Assembly: GCA_043228905.1 (NCBI GenBank)
Contig: JBHGNT010000005.1
Location: 4,030,001 to 4,094,000 of the forward strand
Direction of reading: 5' to 3'
Length of the DNA stretch: 64,000 nt
From: Azolla caroliniana
Taxonomy: Eukaryota; Plantae; Polypodiophyta
The notes under the pieces are model-generated. The model did no database searches. It was not told where the DNA came from and saw only the letters and a program-made list of their open reading frames with translations. The position numbers and the translations under genes are program-made. Positions 10,227-24,789 of the stretch are shown one piece after another; position 1 is the first letter of the stretch, and each line of letters opens with the position of its first letter.

Positions 10227-13200
10227 ATGGCTGCTTCCTTTGGAAACATCCTACGCATGGTCCTTCTTCTTCTCCTCCTCATCGCCATCGCTGTGGCTTG
10301 CTTTACGCTGCCCATTGATAAGGTATTTCGCTCTTCTTCTTCTTCCTCTTCTTGTAGGTCTATGAAAACGTTTGATCTGGACTTTTGATGCACGTGTCCA
10401 TGAAACATGTTAGATTGGATGTTTATGGTGAATTAACATCAGTACTAAAGAAAATTCTAAAGGAAGCCTTTTCTCTCTCATTTCTTACTTTTACTCATTT
10501 CTTTTCTTTTTCTTCCTCTTCATCCTCATGGACATTGTTATCATCGGCATATTCTTCTTCTTCTTCAAGCGTTAGAGATTTGTTTCTTGTAAGGTATGAT
10601 CAAGGCCTATTAACCGTTTGACCAAGCCTTTGGAGGTGTCATTCCATGCTAAACAACAAGAAGTGCTAGAGGAAAAAGGAAACGTTTTCTATTCATTGAA
10701 GTTGTTATTGGATTGTATCTTTATGCTGGTCAGCACCAAAGGAATTCTAGAAGGTAACTAGATTGCTTCTGGTTTACCTTCTTCTCTTTTGGAGAACCAG
10801 AGAACCAAAGGAAGCCTTTCATACTCTAGCTCTGAAGGGTACTCTGCGGACTAGAACTTGACACCAAGTTTACCTAATGCCTACCTTTACTAGCATAGGA
10901 GCTTTGTGGATTTCAAGGCCTTCGCTGGAATGCAGTAGTATCTGTAGTAACTGGAGGATTGATTGATTGGATTGCTGTGATAGAATTTTGCATTTAGTCT
11001 GCATTCCGCAATCTGTAAAAGACACATCTGTGTTTTCTTTATGGAGTTAGTGTGATACTTCTTTACCTGATGCTACCAAGTAACAGCTTATGATCTTTGT
11101 GGGGATCAAGGCCTTTGGCAGGATGCGGTAGTATTTGGAAGGATCAATTGATCATTATTTGTGGTATTACATCAGCCTTTTAGTCCCAGCTCATGTGAGA
11201 CTAGTAATAGCAGAGTTATGCTGTCATGCTGATTGGTGAAGTGGGTTATGGCATGCATTGGATGGGTACATCAATGTAATAATAATGAAATGGATAAAGC
11301 AATGTATTTGAGAAGATCCAATTGCCAGGGGTTACTGAAAGATTACCATAGAGTGTAATGCTAATGTACCTCTTCAAACAAGGAGGTTGCTTCCCTCAAG
11401 CACATCTTTCACTTTCTGATCATTGTGCTCCATTATAGGTAGAGATTTTATATTATCTTTATCAAGAGCACTTTAACTAGTTCTCATTCTTAATGTTTTC
11501 AAGAACACTTTAATCTTTAAACTGTTCCAATTCTTGTCTTACGATTATAGTTTCATTTTTCTTCATGCTTTATGTCCATAACTAGGGTAATAATTTGACT
11601 TGCCAAAACTTTTCAATTTTTTCTTCAAGTTCTTTCTGTGAACTGACTTTCCCTCGCCAGATTTGTTCAGCTTTTCATTTTTGAAGAAGGTTTATCTTTG
11701 TATTTCTGACTTTTCTTTCTTTTTCAAGGTGTTGAGACGCTTGAACAATCCAACCCATATGGGACAATACGAAATATGTGTATATATATATGGGGAGTAC
11801 TCTGAAATAACCCCCAAATTTTCTTTACATTCCTAAATGCGCCTGACTTTTTGTTATTCCCCCAAATATTTTGGTCAACCCTGTGTTGAGGATTTATATG
11901 CTCCATTCATCCTCATTTCACCTCTTTTGGTGGTCCACCAGTGGTATTCAGGGAAATGAAGACATTAGGTGCATTTGAGAAAATAAAGAAAAAATTGCAG
12001 GGCTATTTCAGTTTTTTCCTTCAAAATGTAATGAATTTGAAGACAAGTAAAGTATGCAATGAAGGCATGGTAGAGGATGAATGCCACTTGCTCTTCACAT
12101 GCTCGACATATAGTGCAATTCGTTCAAGATATGCTGACGTACTAAGAGGGAGTGATAACTTAAGGGCCATACTTAAGACACCACCTAGAAGGTTGAGCTC
12201 ATATGTGTAATGCTTTATTCACGCATAGAGACTTTGTGCTTCAATGTATGAATACCCCTTCTTAGGAAGGAGGCACATATCAAGAACACAAGTATACTCT
12301 GGTCGCACAAGTCAAAACTGGCCTCTTTATGGACGATTAAAAAATCTAATTCTAATTCTAATTCTAATATATAAAAGCAAACCTATGTAATATATCTTAT
12401 TACTATGCAGATCTTGAATGGATTCTTGATTTGGATTCACGTAAATCTGGGATCATGGGGTCCTGTTGCATTGTAAGATCCCTTCCTTAAAGTTCTTTGA
12501 GAAACAGCGAGTTTTATGAGTGCTAGTTCATCTATCAACTGCATATTTTTATTTACTACAGAAAGAATTAATATATCAACTGTTCCCTTATAGTGAAATC
12601 TTGCATTCGTTCTTTACAAGAATTAAGATAATCAAGTGGTTGTTTATGAAGTATATATGTTTTACTGAATGACTAGCATGCTGTAATCCAATTTTGCAGG
12701 GCCCTTGCTTACATACCTTTGACTATTTTGGCAGTTCCAGCATCAATCCTTACGGTATGCTTTTACCATTCATTGCTGTTAATGATAAAGTGCTGTTCGG
12801 TAAAAAGTTAGAGAGAATAGTAGTACTAACAAATTATCTTTACAACACGATGTATTAGTGCAGGCAATTTCTTCCTCCAAATTTGTTTGCTAAAACATCT
12901 CTTATGATGATAATATACTTAGGATATGGATGCAGGCTTTAGCAAACAACACTTAGATGACGTTTATAATTCACCTTAGAAATGATGCAAGTCAATTCAC
13001 AGAAATTCCTGAAAACCCTCAACATGTATAGCTAGAAGCTAGCCATATTTGTATTTCGACCTGTTGCATAGGTTAATGTTTCTGTCTTCCTTCTTCCTCT
13101 CTCTATGTCTTGGTGAGTTTGTAAGACCAAGGTCATAATTTGCACACTTCTGCACTGGTCTGGAGACATTCGATCATAACATTAGCAGGAGGTCAATTAG

Positions 13201-16200
13201 GGAACATCACAGAACATCTCTGAATATCTGAAGCTCGGAATTATGCTCAAGTACAATGAGCTGATAACATGAAAGGTATGACATGAAAGCATAGACCAAA
13301 TACACTTGTATATAAAGAAAGTATTTTTAAGGTTCAACTAGAAGAACTGATTGTGTAAGAGCATGGAAGTTATGAATCTCAGTAATATTCATAGGAGGAA
13401 ACCCAGAAACTATTGAAATCTACAGGACTTTTCAATGAATTAGATCCCAACTATAAACCGCTACAAGGAGAATAATAAATTCAATGTGTAAGAACCATTG
13501 TCACATAATAATAGTAATAATAATGTGAGAATTTTTTAATAATAATAGTAATAATAAAGAGGAATACATGTGAGTATTGTTTCTAGTTTATATAATTGTC
13601 ATGTGATTTTCTAATGCTTGGAATGTAATCATTAGTGGAGATTATGAAACGAATTTGATTTTGTCAAGATGGAAAACTTATACACAAAGCTAGATTTAAA
13701 GTCACCTTGTGGGATATGTTTTCTGACACTACGAATTCAGCTTTCCCATGCTTCCACTTATCCTTGCATTTAGGTGCACTTATACAATTGTGATTGACAA
13801 ATATATATCTCTTGCCTTTACTTGTGATAATAATTGGTATTTACTCATAATCGGATATCATTCATGTTGGTACTCTTTACTGCGTTATCCTATTAGGCAT
13901 GCATTCTGATGATTCTGTACTTCTGATATTGATTCAGATTGGTGGTGGTTACTTGTTTGGGCTTCCTATTGGATTTTTGGCGGATTCTGTTGGTGCTGCA
14001 TTAGGAGCAACTGCAGCATTTCTGGTTGGAAGAACTGTGAGTTAAGCATATCTAAATGCTAATTAGTTGTTGGATTTCCTTTCTGGACTCAGAAACCTAA
14101 ACTTTCTCAAAACTAATAATCAAGAGATTGTAGATTGCAAGGCCACTTGTTCTGGCAAAGTTGAAAGACTATCCACAGTTTCAAGTTATCTCATTAGCAG
14201 TTAAACGATCTGGGTTTAAGGTAATATTATTATTACAAGCTTGATGTGTGTGTATGTATATATATATGAGAGAGAGAGAGTGAGAGAGGCGTTTTACATT
14301 TGCAGATCGTTTTGCTGCTTCGCCTAGTACCTCTTTTACCTTTCAACATAATGAATTACCTTCTTTCTGTCACACCAATTGGTGTTGGAAAGTACATGCT
14401 TGCATCTTGGATTGGCATGATGGTAAGTATGAAGTGGATCCATTTCTATATATCTTGCTCCAGTCACTAATCAATGTAAGTTACATTACATGAATGCATT
14501 GTTTCTGGAAACGGTCTATGTATTGACATTAAATCATACACAGATTCCATGGGCTAAGAAAAGACACTTGAAATGGATTGAAGTGTCATGAAGACTTTGT
14601 TATGAAGGCTCAATTTATGATACTAGTTGCTATTTGTGTGTGAGGACAGTGTGATACTAGTTTCTATTTGTATATGGAACTTTTGACTTTGATAGTGTTG
14701 TGCCATTTGGCTGTATATCAGTGTAGTCTGGGATTAATTTGAACTGTTGCACTCTTTTGCTGAATAAATTTCTAAATTTCTAAATTTCTTTTTATGTCAA
14801 AAATTGTAATATAATTTTAAGATGTAATCTCCTATTTGGTCTCGTATGACATTTGGCCTCTTAAAAGATATTAATACATTATTTTTTCTTCACAATTAAG
14901 ATATTGATAATATGCTCATTTTGCAGCCAATAACTGGGGCACTTGTCTATCTTGGAACGACAATCAAGGACCTTTCTGATATTACACATGATTGGGGTCA
15001 TTTTACAACTTTTGAATGGGTAATAGTTATTAAAATATTTATATATTTGAAATTGAATCAGCATATGTGCGATAAACTGATTGTTCTTTTTATAGGGGTA
15101 ATCTCTCTCTCTCTCTCTCTCTCTCTCCCCCCGACCAAATCTTATGCTCACACTCTCAGATCCTTAAGGTGAAAAGGAAAGATCTTGCTCAATTAAATAT
15201 CAGATCCGAGGACGTCTGACATTACATCAACAGATAACTACATGGGTACTCATCTTTCTTATGGGCTCACACGTGCCATTTAACAGAGATCTAAACCAGG
15301 ATATACAGAAGCAACCCTCAGAATATAGGATCTGTCTGACATCACGACACATCCATATGGATGCCATCTTTCTCATGAATGCAGACATTTCATTGGCCAG
15401 AGATCTAAACTGGGAGAAAGAGAGCACATGTCAGAATTGTAAGAAAGAGCCTGACAGGAGCATTACAAATCAAATCATGGACTATCATGACCAGAGATGC
15501 CTGCGATTATTTTGAGAGCCCACTAGGAGATTCTTTTCACTGTTATTTTTGAGATGGTTTGGACCTTCAGATCGACTCATTAATTACCATGACCAGAGAT
15601 GCCTGGGGATTCATATCTCTGAAGATTTGTGAGCTGAGATAAGACTCTCACCATGACAGGTGAAGCTACCTAAAGAGACGGCCACAAAGTCTTGGGGTCA
15701 ACACCATGCACACTGCTACCTCCAAAACATCCCTTTCAGGGGAAACCTTGTTGATTGAGTTGACCTGTTCAATCATTCTCGTCAACCTCTAATGCATGGC
15801 CTGCTCACATTGTAAATGGCAATTACATCAACAGATATGGGCTACCACTGTGCATCATTATGGAGGAAATTGATGTCATTCTAGAGAGACCCATGCAAGA
15901 TCCTGTGATTACATTTAACCTGGGGAGAGTTTCTTTTCTCCTTTTTATTTTCCCTTGCTATCAGACATAAGTCACTTGGGTGTTTCATAGATATTAATAT
16001 ATCATTTCAAGGATTGGTATGGACTCTATAACATCGGAGACTGGATTCATGCAGAAACCAATGTACATGGATATAAAAGCCACATGTAGAGACCAGAGTG
16101 CAAAAATGCGATGGTAGGGTTGTGTCAGACAAACTTGAGACTTTCCAAGATTGATAGCGAGCATTCCGCTAGAGCATAGCCAGCATTGCTAGAGCATAGC

Positions 16201-16716
16201 CAGATAAGAGATTATGCAGTATCCAATTAGGAATTGAGGAGCATTTAGATGTAGAGGCTGGGATTTACTAGTGTTAAACTTTTTACTGCTTGATCATTTA
16301 ACAGATTAAGAAAAGACTCAGATTAATTACCATTCAATTTGCTTTATAGATTATTCATTTACAATTTCAAAACTCATTCCATTGATTGTTTTTCCACTTC
16401 CTTTCAACTCAGATGATCCTGGCAATGGGGCTTATAATTTCTGGTTAGTATAATAATTAAATTTCCGCGCTGATCTATGTTTGTTGGGATGTTGTGTTAA
16501 TTATTTCTTGCACTTGCAGTGGTTCTGATAGTCCTGGTTTCTCGAATAGCAAGGAAATCACTCAACAAAGCAATTCTAGAGATTGAAGCAGAGAGAACAA
16601 GTGCATTGCAATCTGAAAATGTCGATGGTGCTAGCATTTATCAGCCTTTAATTATTCAAATCGATGGCTCTGACCACAGCGACAGCAAAAACATCCAGCA
16701 TTCTCTATTAGATTGA
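10227..16716 (+). CDS. TVP38/TMEM64 (DedA/VTT, SNARE-associated Golgi) membrane protein; exons 10227-10322, 12411-12472, 12700-12754, 13938-14036, 14134-14220, 14306-14422, 14927-15019, 16413-16443, 16520-16716
   Basis: All GT-AG and in frame: MAASFGNILRMVLLL...LGSWGPVALALAYIPLTILAVPASILTIGGGYLFGLPIGF...GFKIVLLLRLVPLLPFNIMNYLLSVTP...YLGTTIKDLSDITH. Confidence 0.93.
12045..12368 (+). mobile_element. 5'-truncated non-LTR retrotransposon (RTE/RTEX-like) 3' end in intron 1
   Basis: ORF2 C-terminal zinc-knuckle-type motif CNEGMVEDECHLLFTCSTYSAIR, short 3'UTR, then a (TTCTAA)n tail. Confidence 0.7.
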
Positions 16717-18443
16717 AGTACACTGACTGGGCTAGTATGTAAATATCACTTCTCGATGCCCGTGTACATGTATCACTATATAGATTACATAGTCACGACA
16801 GTCAAGAAGGCTGTGCAAGTAATGAGACCCTTTTATTTCATCAAGAATTGAACATGCTATTAAAGAACATGATTTGCTTGATGAAGCCATTGTAAAACTT
16901 GAACTTGAAAAGGATTTTCCTCTCGAGCCTTTAATCAAGTCATTTCTTGAGCCTTGCCGATCTTCTCTCTGAAGAAAAAGCTTTTATGAAATTGTTAGAA
17001 TTCCTATTGTTTAGTATGGTACATGCAGTCTTTATTTTTGTGACCACTGATAATAATAACAACAATGGTAAGCAACATTCATTCATCCAGAATTTTCTTG
17101 GTGTAATCACAAGGTTTGTGCCCATTCAATAAAGTGCACTAATGAAGAAAAAGATTTGGGGTATGATCTCTTATTGAGGTATTTGAAGATTTAAAATGCA
17201 TTTAGAACAATAGAGGGATTAAGATGAAATCCTCATTAAGATGAACTTAGTGGATAGCCACTGAGTCAGATGGCAACGAATCTTACTATTATTTTCAACC
17301 AGGTTAAAAATGAGGCTTACATTACAAATTAAATTGAATTTGAGGATGTCCAAGTGTCCCCTCTTGAAGGTCTTTCACATTTATTTTCCTAATCTTTTGG
17401 TCCTGAAGAATTTTTTCCCTTCCATTTTCCATCGTGAACTAATTTATGGTTTTGACATTTCCACTAATTCAAAATAAATGCACGGAATTTGACACATGTT
17501 CTTTGAGTAAGCCAAATATTCATCCAATAGTATTGAAATGAAAGGCCTTTAAAGTTGAATAAACAATGGTTTCATCTTTGCAATCCTAAACAAAAAAAAA
17601 AGGATACATGTGTTACTTTGACAAACTAAAATGTTTATTTAACATTGAAATAAAAAGCGGTCAGATAATGTTTTGGTATATTCAGGAAATACAGAAGGCT
17701 AAGATCTTTGCCATCCTGAAACGAAACTAAAACTTTGCTTCAATTTTACAAGATTCAAAATCAGTTTAGGTATTCTATGTCACCTCCAGACCTGCGAAGA
17801 AAAGAAATTTGAAATATGAAACGGAAAGGTTAAAAACTTTCATGGCTTCATCATGTCAATTTCAAGAATTTATGGATTGCAAACAATTTGTCCAAAATAA
17901 TTAGTTTGGTTCGTAGCTGCTGAAATGAAACACAACAACAGAGTAACTCAGAAAGTAAGATACACTACAATCATGGACTAATAACGGATGCAATATTAAC
18001 AAAATGAGACAATGGCTATGTATTGGCCATGTTCAACACTGCAGTCCTCATAGGAATCAATGAATTGCCTCATGAATAGTTCCAGTATTTATATGATATC
18101 CATACACCTCCCTTTAGATGCTACCCCCCCACAGAATTAATTGTAACTATCTTTCTATGTTAGTTCCAACTGGAAAACACTTGCCCATTCATTAAATTGA
18201 AGAAAGAGGCTACCATCACCAATAACCGGAAATCAAGCAATATAAAGTTTGAAAATTTGTCTCTTGTGGGCAAAATAATGTTTCTCCATACAATACATAT
18301 GCACATTAATCATATAGCTAACTCTGATCTAGCAGATAGTTCTGCCGGAAAGAGCTTGAAACACTATGTGACAACAATAAGCATTTCCCCACAGCTATAA
18401 AAATCACACATGGTCAGAGAGGCATTTAAACTTCGAGGAATCG

Positions 18444-18740
18444 CCACTCAAACTTCAAGGGAGGTCCTTCAATGTAAATAAAAATAAACATTTCCCCACT
18501 CAAACTTGAAGGGAGGTGCTTCAATGTGAATAAAAATAAGCATTTCCCCTCTCAAACTTGAAGGGAGGTGCTTCAATCTGAATAAACATTAAGCATTTCT
18601 CCACTCAAACTTCATGGGCGGTGCTTCAATCTGAATAAACATACGCATTTCTCCATTCAAACTTCAAGGGAGGTGCTTTAATCTGTATAAACATAAGCAT
18701 TTCTCCACTCAAACTTCAAGGGAGTTGCTTCAATCTGAAT
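18444..18740 (+). repeat. 52-bp tandem repeat, about 6 copies
   Basis: CCACTCAAACTT(C/G)AAGGGAGGTGCTTCAAT recurs at 18444, 18496, ~18549, 18601, ~18653, 18705. Confidence 0.9.
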
Positions 18741-19099
18741 GGCCATTGGAACCTGCAAGGCTCTGGGATGCAAGGGGGTTGAAAGCCATCGCTTAGATGG
18801 AATCTCTAACTAGCAGGAATCCAACTGCTGCCAAGAATCATAGCATGGGAAAGATCTACTCATTGCAAGATAACTCCCCTAGTTTATAGATTGTTCAGAG
18901 AGGGGTGGGGCTTCAGTCTGAATGCCAATTGGCACCTGATCCAAAGATGTGTTATATCATCCAAGGAATGTTAGCATGGTGTACTCCTTCCTGGAAGTGA
19001 CTAGATTGAATGTGAGTGTAAAGCCCAACCACTCTTTTGGAAGAGTCACTTGTTCTCCTAAAGACTTATGGTCAAAACATTATAACAATGCCCTTCCTT

Positions 19100-19830
19100 A
19101 AAGTAGTTTGCATGCTCACAATGAAATTAACTCTGCAGTTATGAATCAATTTCTCATGAGATTTAAGAAAACCTTTTCTAGACAGTCCAAATCTAGTAAC
19201 AAGCATCGGTCTGCAGATTTACTGTAGAACAGAAGTTTAGAGCATGTTCCACACACATCATAGGAACGTTCAATACAGGAAACAGTAACCTCATTACGCC
19301 ACTAAGTGATGTGTTTACCTTATTTCATCTCCTGCTTGCTATATATGCCTTAGACATTGAATACTCCAGACATCAAACCAGCTATATAGTTAATGAGATA
19401 GATACAAAGTCTGATTAATCGATCAAAAACCTTTGTCTCTTAGTTACACATTTGGCAGGAGAATCAAACTAATCATTTCGAACATATATAGCAACTCTGT
19501 TATAATATGTATTAATGGATATCTATCTCTACATGAAGACTGTTTCCTTGCTTTTTTGATTGTGACTGTTTCCCATAACGGACTGAGCAATTGAAGATGT
19601 TTATTCATGATGCCTTGTCTGTAATCTATAGATTGAGCAAATACACATAGCTTGAGATTTCTCTTCCCTGCATGACATAATTGGAGCATCTGAGAAACCA
19701 CAAACCCATATGAATCATAACTGTTATAATTTTCAATCACATTTGTCTCATTTTTCAATATGCCAAATTCAGTCTTCAAATACATATTCAATCCACATTT
19801 TTATATGCATTGACTTCAGAAGGAACACTC
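19100..19830 (-). pseudogene. Possible highly decayed PPR gene relic
   Basis: Scattered PPR-like peptides in different minus frames (LNMYLK, VFDRL, RNEVTVSCI); no continuous ORF. Confidence 0.25.
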
Positions 19831-21049
19831 TTAGATACAATTTTAAAGAGGTCTAACGTAATTGCATTTTATTCTATATAATGATCTATATATTTTGGCA
19901 TTCTATCGAGAAGGAGAATTATTTATATTCTAGAACGGCATTTCATCTACCTTATACAAATTTAGATCAAAATCAATAAATAAAATCATCCTCATACCAT
20001 TGTGCAACAAAATAAAGTTGTCAAACCTCAAGCATAGATTTTGGCATTGTTGTACAACAATCCATTATATATACTATTTGGCTCACCAAATGTAAAAAAC
20101 CATACATTGCGAGATTCCATCTAAAACCCAAAATGCGAACCATACCAAAGTCAAAATCTAACGATAATGTGCTCGAACAAAGAGGCATAATTGTTATTTA
20201 TTAGTTTGGATCCAATTCACAACTATCTCAAGCTTGTTATTGTGATAATGTCATTGAGAACAACATGTAAGGGCATCACCCCCCACGTTTATGTTGGCAT
20301 GGGCCACCATTGAGCAGTGATATTATAAAGAGCTTATCAACATCAATGTGGAGAACTCATACAACCTACCTTTGTTGTAAAAAACTCTCTTGACTAATTT
20401 CAAAAACCTAGAGTAGCTTGCCACCATTGACTAATGTGAAGTGTTTAATAATAATAGTCAAGAATATAGATAAATGGAAAATGCATTACCTTATTATAGA
20501 CATTTTGTTCTGACGACTTTTGGGTATATCTTAGCATCTATTGATTGATATATTTTGAGATCACTTACCAAATGACTTCATGCCTTATTATACAATTTGA
20601 TTTCGATGTGTTCCCTCTTCAATTCCCCTCCCCCACACACCTAGTAGCTTGTTAACATTTCAAAGTTTGTGATGTTTAATCTTGAATCAAGCAATTCTGA
20701 AATTGAGGACATGGATCATAATATAATATCGCCAATGTTCCATCAAATTCTCGGAACTTTGATGTAAATTTGGTTCACATACTTTACTAGCTTGTCAAGG
20801 AAAAGCACATTTGTATAAAATGCTCATGTAGATAGATAATTGGCCTTCTCGATCGTGAAACTCATACTCTTACGAGTTCACAAGTCAAACTTCACACTTG
20901 GAATCCTCTCCTAATTTCACATGTATCCATTCTTTTGTATCTTAATGTTCATGAGTTTGGTTATATTGTAAATGCAAGGAAATATTGATTGAGGCGCAAC
21001 CTTATCGAAATCTCATGCTCAATAAAATTGTGTCATAGATGTTTATCGC

Positions 21050-21700
21050 CATTATTGAAAACTTAAGTTACAATCATCGCAATGAACAAGGGTTGACAAG
21101 ACTTATAATAAGTTTGTGGAGGGCCATGAGGAATAAGACTATATAATATATGTGTAAATGTTTAATATATAACATAAAAAAACGTAGGGAACCTTGGTAC
21201 TTGTAGATATACTCTAGAGGCTATAGTAAGTGGGAATCTATTTCAATGGATTTTATAGAAAAACTTCTGACCACTTTAACAAAGACAACTTATGTTTATT
21301 CGATTAGAAAAAGACCATTGCATTGAATGAAACTTAAATTTTCGTGAAAGAAGTATTCAAATGATTACTAAATGCATGTAAAAGTACAGTGCCAAAACAT
21401 GATTCTAAAACCATTTCAAATTTCTAGCAAGCTATTGTTGAAGAAATGGATCGAAGCTTAGAATGAACATTGGCTGTCATTGGCCTTCTAATGGTGAAGC
21501 CAAACGAGTTAGTATGAGTCTATGAGACATGTGTAAGCATGTTCAATGATCATTTGACAAATGGGGCAAAAGATCTTCTAGATGTGCAGTTTCCATCTAA
21601 TAAATGTTAACGGCACAACATTATCAAGGTGCATTCGTTTGAAGCCATGCATGGTTAGAATTGTCTTACCACTGAAAACAAGGTAGATGCATTTACACAA
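21050..21700 (+). mobile_element. Degenerate Ty3/Gypsy integrase relic; flanking 20-22.7 kb probably belongs to the same old LTR element
   Basis: KWESISMDFIEKL at 21228, then decayed NGEAKRV (DGQxERV-like) and SFEAMHG (PFEAxYG-like) motifs in the expected order, with many stops. Confidence 0.65.
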
Positions 21701-22559
21701 ATGTGTGTGATGATAAGATTAGTGAGAACGTGAACAAAAAGGTGTGTAGAAAGAGTATTATAACAAGCAACATGTGTGAGTTAAATTTAAGGGGGGTGCC
21801 TCATTTTTTTTTTCTAATAGTGAATCCCTACATAACAAACTTGAGATTAGGACAGGATCAAAATGTTCACAACCTTTTAAGATTAGTGAAGAAGATTGGA
21901 ATCATCTAGCCGTGTGAAAGCACATCTTATTTTGCAGGAGTCGTATGAATCGAAATCAAATGTTACACTTGAAATAGAACGTGAATGCACTTCAACGATA
22001 GGGCCAGGAATCTTACAAATTGAGATTTTATTGATAGGAAATATTATCCAATATAAATCTGTACTTGTGAAATCCATGGATTGCATCAACAATACCCTCC
22101 CTATCAACTCGGAGACATGGTTCTTGAAGGATAGGTGATTGTAGCATACAATTCTGTACTTTATTGCATATAATCATTGCTTTTTAACAAAGAATTGATA
22201 TTGTAGTGCTAGGTGTTGAATTTGAAAAATATCGTGTGAGAAGGGATCATTTTGGTGTAATAGAGTTTAAATGTTTTCTTTCTAAAGCCACATCATATAT
22301 TATGGCACAAGGGTTGTAAATCTTGGTGGGGTTCCTTTTTTTGTATTGACAAATTGGTTGTTAGATATTGGGTTTTGACTCTCGAGAAATGACCTATTCT
22401 TAGGAGACACAAAAGTGTGACATTGGGCTGCATTAGGAGAGATGGGTAAACTTGACTTATTGTGAACTTAAAAGAAAGAGACCAAAATCACAACTCTAAG
22501 AATAACTTGTAATTTGAGAGAGCAAGTGAGTGCGTGAGTGAGTGAGTGAGTGAGTGAAT

Positions 22560-22617
<58 letters not shown>

Positions 22618-24394
22618 GTTATTCTTAGAGTGTGGTGAAAGTGGAGACTCGAGAGGGAAATTGAATTAAAGATTATTGAGATTATCACTAAATCGCATTA
22701 ATTTTGTTACCTTTTGTACAAGAGGATGAGAAATGATCATTTCTGTACTATAAATACACATTCTCTTATAAAAAGGAAAATGGAGGTTTAAAATGCACTC
22801 CAATGTTAGGACTCTATGACCTACGGAATGACTACAAATCTATGCTATCATGCATTATTGCTGCATTATGCACAAATCAAACCAAAAAGTGTTAACAATC
22901 ACTATTTGAAGATGATAATGGAGAATATTAGAAATCTATCTTTATTACCCGGATAAATAAACCATACAAACATTGTTCTATGAGAGGAAGAGGGTATTTT
23001 CCGAAGGTTTGTTGAAACCTTTCATAATCAACGTATCCATATTTTAGGCTCTAAATGATTTTTGTCATTTATATTTCACGATTCTCTAGTTTAGAGATAC
23101 CTTGTTCAATACTTCCAAAAGCATAGACCTAAAATGCTATAGATTTATTGAAAGTTGGCTTCATATATGAAAGTTCGTTACAAATAAAGTCTGGGTGGCA
23201 TGCAAAGAAACAAAATCAAGAGTAGGTAAGAAGTGCAAGCAATTAGAAAAGAACACCACATATTTATAACTTATGTAAATGTGTACACTAAATGAGATAG
23301 AGAGGAGGATATGGGTAGATAGATATATTTTATTACCTTGCTTTATAGTGGTCACTTATTGGCTGTGAGATTTTCATAGAACTGATGCGTGCATGTGTTC
23401 GGAGGTGCCATGTTACTGCCAACACTAAATAATTTTCTCAATCAATTTTGCATTGAAAGCCCACATCATGGGAGAGAAAGAAACGCGTGAAAGGATACAT
23501 CACAACGTAGCATTGAAATGTAGTGAAATTAAGTTTAATGTTGCCAAATGTTCAATATCATTGGAATATGCACATAGATTGTTATGCTTAGACTTTTGGA
23601 CTTGTTGGATTCATAACATGCAGTGCTAATGAGATAACCCTTGCCAATGTCCCAACGCCTTGTCCCGTCTCTATTAGAATGAGAACTATGCCAAATAGTA
23701 GTGATAGTGTTGACTAGAGACAAGGGAATGGGCTTAACTACGTGGAGGTGAGGAGTACAGAACAACATGGGTCTAGGCTTGAGCTTAAATTAGAACCGAA
23801 CTCGGATATCAAACTTCTAAATTGTGCATGATTAGGCATTGCATTGATAAGGGTCTCCCTATGGGTTTTAATTTAGACCCAATGCGGTTATTGCGTGTTG
23901 TATGAAACATGAGCGACGATAGTCCCAATTGAAATTTCAAAGGAAAAAGAGCCCTGGAATGTTGATTGAGTCATGACTAAGCACACATGTTGACCAAGCA
24001 TATAAATTTATGAGCATTCTCTTCCATCTTATTTGAGTGAAAAAGCAAAAAATAAATACAACCTTCTTGCATGACACAAACATTTTTTGAAGCATATGAT
24101 GACAACCGGATAGGTCCACTTTATTCCTATTAAATGCTATTAAAATGGAAGGGTTAGCATGGAAAATAGATAGGTTGTATTTTAATCGATGTGAGGTCAA
24201 ATGGGGACAAATGAAACATTTGCACGTAGTGCGTGAGCATTACGGAAGGATGTGCTAAATGACTCTTGTGGCCATGATCCATCATGCTCAAGAGCTTTAC
24301 TAGAGACAAAGAGCTCACACACCCTCGGGAATATATGTTTCGATAAACACACACATATGTACATACTACACAAAGCATTATATGTGTGCATGTT

Positions 24395-24432
<38 letters not shown>

Positions 24433-24789
24433 CTTGAAGAACACCCATTTTATTCCTTGGAACTTTTCTTTATTCAAATGTAACTACACATCATACAAAA
24501 GGGGTACACCCTTCTAAACCATTTGGCCCCTTTTTGCTGTTACCTAATGATTTTTGAGGTTTACCCAATGAGGACTTACCCAATGAGAAAGAAAGAAGAG
24601 GAGAATATAGGCATCAGTTAGTAAATATATTTTTATGTTACACAATATACACCATGTACATGTATGTATGGTTGACAAGAGTAGCAAGTAGCACAATGAA
24701 TAATAAGCACAAGTGGTAACAATAGGAGGTGAAGTTAGTTGGTTGGTCAGCCAGTTTGGAAGGTAGGTAAGGCACTTGGTTAGCTCTCT

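Noticed and set aside
15130-16250. LTR-like sequence in TVP38 intron 7
   Set aside because: Probably a transposon relic, but no termini, TSD or coding motif could be fixed
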